Assembly: GCF_001194135.2 (NCBI RefSeq)
Contig: NC_068987.1
Coordinates: 88,539,954-88,597,874 of the forward strand
From: Octopus bimaculoides
Lineage: Eukaryota
DNA: 57,921 nucleotides
Direction of reading: 5' to 3'
Each line of letters opens with the position of its first letter. Within the stretch, counting starts at the first letter, position 1. The notes below the pieces were generated by a model. The model was not told the DNA's origin. It made no database searches and was given only the letters and a program-made list of their open reading frames with translations. Below are positions 51,265-57,921 of the stretch, in pieces. The position numbers and the translations under genes were made by a program.

Positions 51265-52071
51265 ATATGTATACATATACATATNNNNNNNNNNNNNNNN
51301 NNNNNNNNNNNNNNNNNNNNNNNNNNNNNNNNNNNNNNNNNNNNNNNNNNNNNNNNNNNNNNNNNNNNNNNNNNNNNNNNNNNNNNNNNNNNNNNNNNNN
51401 NNNNNNNNNNNNNNNNNNNNNNNNNNNNNNNNNNNNNNNNNNNNNNNNNNNNNNNNNNNNNNNNNNNNNNNNNNNNNNNNNNNNNNNNNNNNNNNNNNNN
51501 NNNNNNNNNNNNNNNNNNNNNNNNNNNNNNNNNNNNNNNNNNNNNNNNNNNNNNNNNNNNNNNNNNNNNNNNNNNNNNNNNNNNNNNNNNNNNNNNNNNN
51601 NNNNNNNNNNNNNNNNNNNNNNNNNNNNNNNNNNNNNNNNNNNNNNNNNNNNNNNNNNNNNNNNNNNNNNNNNNNNNNNNNNNNNNNNNNNNNNNNNNNN
51701 NNNNNNNNNNNNNNNNNNNNNNNNNNNNNNNNNNNNNNNNNNNNNNNNNNNNNNNNNNNNNNNNNNNNNNNNNNNNNNNNNNNNNNNNNNNNNNNNNNNN
51801 NNNNNNNNNNNNNNNNNNNNNNNNNNNNNNNNNNNNNNNNNNNNNNNNNNNNNNNNNNNNNNNNNNNNNNNNNNNNNNNNNNNNNNNNNNNNNNNNNNNN
51901 NNNNNNNNNNNNNNNNNNNNNNNNNNNNNNNNNNNNNNNNNNNNNNNNNNNNNNNNNNNNNNNNNNNNNNNNNNNNNNNNNNNNNNNNNNNNNNNNNNNN
52001 NNNNNNNNNNNNNNNNNNNNNNNNNNNNNNNNNNNNNNNNNNNNNNNNNNNNNNATGTATATATGTATAGT

Positions 52072-52441
52072 GGAGGCGCAATGGCCCAGTGTTTAGGGTA
52101 GCGGACTCGCCGTCTTAGGATCGTGGTTCGATACCCAGACCAGGCGTTGTGAGTGTTTATTGAGCGAAAACACCTAAATCTCCGACTGGGGTTGATGGCG
52201 GACTCTGCTGTACTCTTTCACCACAACTTACTCTCACTCTTTCTTCCTGTTTCTGTTGTATCTGTTTTTCAAAGGGCCAGCCCTGTCACTCACTTTGTCA
52301 TGCTGAACCTCCCTGAGAACTACGTTAAGGGTACATGCGTCTGTGGAGTACTCAACCACTTGCACGGTAATTTCACGAGCAGGCTGTTCCGTTGATCAGA
52401 TCAACTGGAACTCTCGTAACAGTAACCGACGGAGTGCCACG
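52072..52441 (+). mobile_element. SINE family C, full length (tRNA head ggaggcgcaatggcccagtg)
   Basis: A-box tggcccagtg, B-box ggttcgatacc; body shared with 45970-46261, 12650-12850 and 23152-23300. Confidence 0.85.
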
Positions 52442-52473
52442 ACGATATATATGTGTATCTGTGTGTTTGTATG

Positions 52474-52543
<70 letters not shown>

Positions 52544-53551
52544 TACATACATATATTTATATATATAATCATTTATACGCGCATATAAACATATATGAAC
52601 GACAAAGCTATTCACTGCTTCCCCTCCTCCTCCTCTCCTCCTCCTACTGTTGTGACTTTTGTGTTGTGTATCGGTTTAGACATTCGAGATTGTTTCCCGA
52701 ATGTACTAGAATCACACATACAGCTCAGTATCCGTACAGTCTGATTGAATTTCTAATGCAACCATTCTATCTTGCAATACGGGACTGTATTGTCTATAGA
52801 GTATGATTTGATCTCATCTCTGCAGCGAAACACTCTTCCATACCATGTCTTCTCTCTTTTGTTCTTTCTGATCAAAATTTAGCCTTAAGCTAATGATATT
52901 CTTCTCATTACAGATTATTCCTACCCCCCCCCCACACACTTTTATTCTATGTTTTCATTTGTTGTGTCAAGATACTTTTCAAACTCGCAAAGGTTGATGC
53001 TCCACTGCTTCGCTTTAACTGTTGCAAGTCGACACATGAAAGAAAATCACGAGGAGCTCTAAATGGTAAATATTCCAGGTAGGGAGTTACTAAGGGACCT
53101 GGGGGTGATTACGGCGTAAAAGGGACGCCAAATCTCTAAATGCTATTTGCAGCTTTGTGTAGATTGTCAGTAAAAACTTTTGCCCTCCTCAGATTCTTAA
53201 AAAATTCATTACTGTTTCGTTTGTATTTGCTTTATATTTCCTTCTACTAAATATTGTCGAAGCAAGCAGGATTTTTAGCGTGTTGGACAAAATGCTTAGG
53301 GGTTAAACTTGGGACATATTTCAACTCTTAAAGGTAAATGCACTGTAGTTACTGTGGAGAAAAAAAATTCTCTCGTAGTTAAAAGTGTAAAAGCACCCTA
53401 TCTGTCCAGTGCTACGCCCGGTCGGATTCTCAGACGCGTTTCTATCTCTTTAGCAATTTTCAATGAGAAATACGGAAGAGAAGCTTAATTAAAACCGTAG
53501 CTTTAAATAAAACACAATCAATAACATTGATTGAGTTGTGCCACTTCACCT

Positions 53552-53772
53552 CAGTATCAGCGCCAAGCAGTGTTTAAGCATAAGTGAACTTTAGGTTAGT
53601 TAAAATATATTGGGACAGAAAGGGTGTTCTTATATTATATGCCATAGAAAAGAGAGTTTTTTCTCCACGATAACTACAGTGAATTTGCTTTTAGAAGTTG
53701 AAATATGACACAAGCATATATTAAGTAACCTAAAGTTCGCTTATGCCTGAACACTGCTTGACGCTGATACCG
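53552..53772. mobile_element. MITE-like element with about 55 bp TIRs
   Basis: gtatcagcgccaagcagtgtttaagcataagtgaactttaggtta / taacctaaagttcgcttatgcctgaacactgcttgacgctgatac. Confidence 0.8.
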
Positions 53773-53834
53773 CTGTAATATGCAAAAGTTTTATTATTAT
53801 TATTATTCTCTCTCTGTTTATTTCCTCGTGTTCC

Positions 53835-53869
53835 TTTCTGTTGAAGAGCGTAGGCTCGAAACGTAAAAC
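53835..53869 (+). ncRNA. Minimal hammerhead-ribozyme-like motif (Penelope type, variant core)
   Basis: ttt CTGTTGA A GAGC gtag GCTC GAAAC GTA aaa: stem II 4 bp, GAAAC, palindromic ACGT stem III, GUA site; core deviates (A6>U). Confidence 0.45.
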
Positions 53870-53962
53870 ACTTTCTCACCTTCCCGAGCGTTAAACTAAT
53901 ACACCTGCTTGTTGTTTATACACGTGTCTTCGTCTTTTGTTTTTCTGTAAATTTCAACTATA

Positions 53963-54006
<44 letters not shown>

Positions 54007-54071
54007 ATAATATAATATAATATTATATATATATATATATATATATGATATAATATAATATTATATTATAT

Positions 54072-54107
<36 letters not shown>

Positions 54108-54519
54108 GCATACATACATACTTACGTACATACATACATACATACATACATACATACACACAAAATAGATGGGACGGTCCAAACTGGGAGCATCTTTCAT
54201 CATGGGTCTACTTGAATTGACCTTGTTAAACAAACAACAACGATTTTGTTTCAGCTTTTCACTTGGTTAACAGCCGAGGTTATAAAAACTAGGAATGACG
54301 GCAGCACCGTTTAAAAATTATACGTCTAAACGCGTACTCACAATTATTACTCGCTTACTTGGTTGTCTTAATAAGGGCTTAGGACTTAGAAAATATTGGA
54401 ATATTTACCTAAAGAAAGCGACTAACTCATCTCGTCTAAATCCGATCTGTAAGCAAAACAATGAAAATATACACAAAACTCGGTGGTAGCAGTACTACCT
54501 TTAAGATTGTTCCATATTT

Positions 54520-54749
54520 ATTTCGTTATTGCCCACAGGGGGCTAAACATAGAGGGGACAAACAAGGACAGACAAAGGGATTAATTCGATTACATCTACC
54601 CCAGTGCATAACTGGTACTTATTTAATGGACCCCGAAAGGATGAAAAGCAAAGTCGACCGCGGCGGAATTTGAACTCAGAACGTAATCACAGACGAATGC
54701 CGCGAAGCATTTCGCCCAGCGTGTTAACGATTCTGCCAGCTCGCCGCCC
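54520..54749 (-). mobile_element. SINE family A (tail type 2)
   Basis: Head, core and type 2 tail. Confidence 0.8.
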
Positions 54750-55306
54750 TAGCTTGTTCCATATTACAAATGATACCTTTATCTGAGCTTTTACAAGGCG
54801 GAGTTTCCTTTCGACCCGTTTTTCAGTCACTTCCTAATGTCGCTTTCCGTTTAACCTGTGGCGTAGTACGGGTTATCAGCGCCCTGAGTTAAAAACACTT
54901 CTGGCGCTCCCATGTTAATTAACAGGCATTAGCAGCAAAAAAATGTTACGCCTCCTCACATTATACGCCCTAGGAGTCTGCCTACCCCACCTCACTCTTG
55001 CTAAGCCTCGGAGCTTAAGAACGTTTTCTCCTGTACAAAAATTGCCGAAAGAGATGTACTTGAAATCATACTCTTTCATCAAGTTACAAAAGATTGATAA
55101 ACACTTTAGACAATACAAAAGATACTGCCACGTGCTATCTGGGTTATGGATTTATTTATGATTCCTTGTAGCTATTCTTCTGAAAACATGGACGCAGACG
55201 ATAGAATAAATTTAAGTTAAATGCTTTGACGGAAACATTTAAGAGTAGCATGGCAGAAAAATAAGGTAAATAAGAGTGGAAGCACGCACACACATGAATA
55301 CTATGA

Positions 55307-55346
<40 letters not shown>

Positions 55347-55391
55347 GTCTGTGTGTCTGTCTGTGTGTCTATCTGTCTGTCTGTCTATCTT

Positions 55392-55454
<63 letters not shown>

Positions 55455-56326
55455 GACAAGAAATAATTTTTGCCTCTTTTTATGGAGACAAAAGGGTTTA
55501 CAATACTACAAAAAAGAAGTGCTCAAATGAAATTGAGACATGAAAAAGAAACATTGATTAGAGAACGAACATCAAATTCGAGTCAACGACTTTATATCAC
55601 ACCGTGCTTCCATACATTTGATCATATATAAATATTACCATGGCCTTCAACATATGAAAAGAATACATATATAAAAAAAACACACAAGGTAAAAAAATAT
55701 ATATGCAAATAAAAATACAAATATATAGAACGGCCTATCAAGAAGGTATATACAATCGACTAAAAATTCTAAAGCGTGTCATGCGACTAAAAACCTAAAT
55801 AAAATAAAATATCAATCGACTAAATTTTTTTTTATTCCCCTCAATTAAAAATATGTCAAAAAAGTTCATTTCATAAAAACCATGATAGGCGTCCAGAAGC
55901 GTCAGAGAATTCCACAAAATCAAGACAAATACATCTATAGCCATTTTGAGAGTTCACTGCCACGGTCAGATTACGAGTTAAGGTGCCACTCGGCAATGAC
56001 TCCCCCTCATCAGGATGAACAGAAATCTCAACAATTAGTCGTTCACAATTTACTCTTCCATCATAGAAAATTCAACAAAGTACTTTCTATGTTGGCTTTT
56101 CAGTTTTTTCGCGTTTCTTCTCTTAATCAATTTGTTAAAGTTCGTTATGATATGTAGTTTGTGCCTGAAAAATATGTCTGAGAAATTTTCCAGCATATGA
56201 AACTATTAGTAGCACTTAACGACATGTATTGTGTCCTTTAAATAAATTATAAATATATTTGTATCCTATTTTACGCATGTGTGTGTGTATGTATCCATAT
56301 TTTTGTACATGCTATATATATATATA

Positions 56327-56364
<38 letters not shown>

Positions 56365-56770
56365 GCATTTATTTTCTCCTAATTAATAAATAACTCGGAC
56401 AAAATAAATTGGTTAATAGATATCAGGGTAGCAAAGATCACCTTTTCCAACTATAGTTCTCATATTCGGTTAAAATGTCTTACGTTTAAGCTGGTACCCA
56501 TGCATTTCCCTGAAGAGAAGATTACATTTTTAACATCACCGATTCCTATGGAAGGTATAATTTGTAATCTTCGAAACATATGTTGGAAATAAAAGTATGC
56601 AGTTAACATATGCGTTTTACTCCATTCACTAAATTTATATATATATATATGAATACATACCCATATTTAGAAAATTACTATTTGTAAATCTCAGAACGAG
56701 AATATTCAGCAACAGTACTTTGTAGTAAAGCTTGTTTGCCAACATAACATGGCAGTCCTGGTTTAGGACG

Positions 56771-56910
56771 AATGTTGCTGTAATTTAGTTCCAGGAGACA
56801 TCGTCTCCAGCTGGCTATACGACATGATCTAATATAAATATAAGGACATAGACCGTGTCATATAGCCAGCTGGAGACGATGTCTCCTGGGGCTATATTAC
56901 CGCAAACATT
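56771..56910. repeat. Foldback palindrome 140 bp, about 61 bp arms
   Basis: ccaggagacatcgtctccagctggctata / tatagccagctggagacgatgtctcctgg perfect core. Confidence 0.9.
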
Positions 56911-56974
56911 GAAGTATCTAAATTTCTCGATGAGTTTTTGCACCGATCTTCCAGTTTGTAAACCCGATCATTTT

Positions 56975-57172
56975 AACTCCAGCAGCTAACCACTACAGGC
57001 CAGTAATTTCGGGAGAGGATGTAAGTCGAATATATCGACCCCGGTGCCCAACTGGTCTTATTTCATCTACCCTGAAAGGATGAAAGGCAAAGTGAACCGC
57101 AGGGTAATCTGAATTCAGAATATAAAGACGGACGAAAAGTCGCTAAGCGTTTTGCCCCGTGTGCTAGCGATT
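56975..57172 (-). mobile_element. SINE family A, diverged
   Basis: Core recognisable. Confidence 0.7.
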
Positions 57173-57610
57173 CAATATTACCCCCTAATTTTGCAGTGTT
57201 TTTGTTTTTACGCTTTCTAATAAACCACCTTTTGTGGTTCATTTACAGCTGATTGAGCAGGTGAACCCAATAATAGTAACCTCCAAATACAGTGAATAGT
57301 TTTTGCAATATTTGTTCTTGCTTACAACTGTGAACTGTACCTTCATGTGACACCTAACTACGTCATGATGGACTGTATCGTCAATTGTTGAGTATTACGT
57401 CCATAGTGGAAAAAAAATGAAGCTCAGATGAAAGAATAAGACCCATTGACCGCTCTGCTGTGCTATGTTTAGTTTCATGAATTAATTGTCCATGATATAA
57501 AAGATCCTACGCAATTTGAACGAAAATCGCAAAATTTGAGTATACAGATAGAAAGCGTAGTCAACACGATGTAAGATATGACATACAATATATTCACACA
57601 CGCACACACA

Positions 57611-57707
57611 GCACAACACAATCTTACACACACAAAGCACAACACAATCTTACACACACAAAGCACAACACAATCTTACACACACAAAGCACAACACAAT
57701 CTTACAC
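57611..57707. repeat. 26 bp minisatellite, 3.7 copies
   Basis: Unit gcacaacacaatcttacacacacaaa. Confidence 0.95.
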
Positions 57708-57921
57708 GCTCACGGTGTGGGGTGGGGGTGGGGGGTAGATGTTTTCACGAAAAAACCTGACCTGTTGCTATCTAAGATCCCAGATGAACCAATATCAAAG
57801 CAGGAAACTCAAAAGAGAGCAGCGGTATCAAACTTTGACCAATTAAAAGGTGATTACACTGGCGGTACCCCAGCATAGCCACACCCTCAGGGCTGAAACA
57901 TATAAAAGAATAAGAGAATAT

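Overview
Animal intronic/intergenic DNA from a gapped draft assembly. It is AT-rich, saturated with (TA)n/(CA)n/(GA)n/(AAT)n/(GATA)n microsatellites, and has 17 N-gaps that mostly abut microsatellites. The repeat landscape is consistent with an octopus genome (inference from recognition, not a database hit). Most long ORFs in the supplied track are microsatellite or gap artefacts. The window holds: (1) at least four tRNA-headed SINE families (about 35 copies or fragments, several with perfect 13-17 bp TSDs, nested and inverted pairs); (2) decayed LINE fragments (R4/Dong-like with RLE endonuclease, repeatedly in (AAT)n tracts; CR1/L2-like; RTE-like with C2H2 fingers), a Penelope-like GIY-YIG fragment, two mariner fragments and five foldback/MITE-like elements; (3) the 3' end of a + strand multi-exon gene that I read as a single-pass receptor. 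The gene comprises a phase 2-2 exon (46584-46718), a transmembrane/basic exon whose start is lost in a gap (ends 49758), and a terminal exon (50355-50898) encoding a Tyr-rich tail with five xPYA motifs. Weaker upstream exon candidates have FN3/cytokine-receptor-like character. There is also a Penelope-type hammerhead-like motif at 53835-53869. No CRISPR array, rRNA or prokaryotic system is present.
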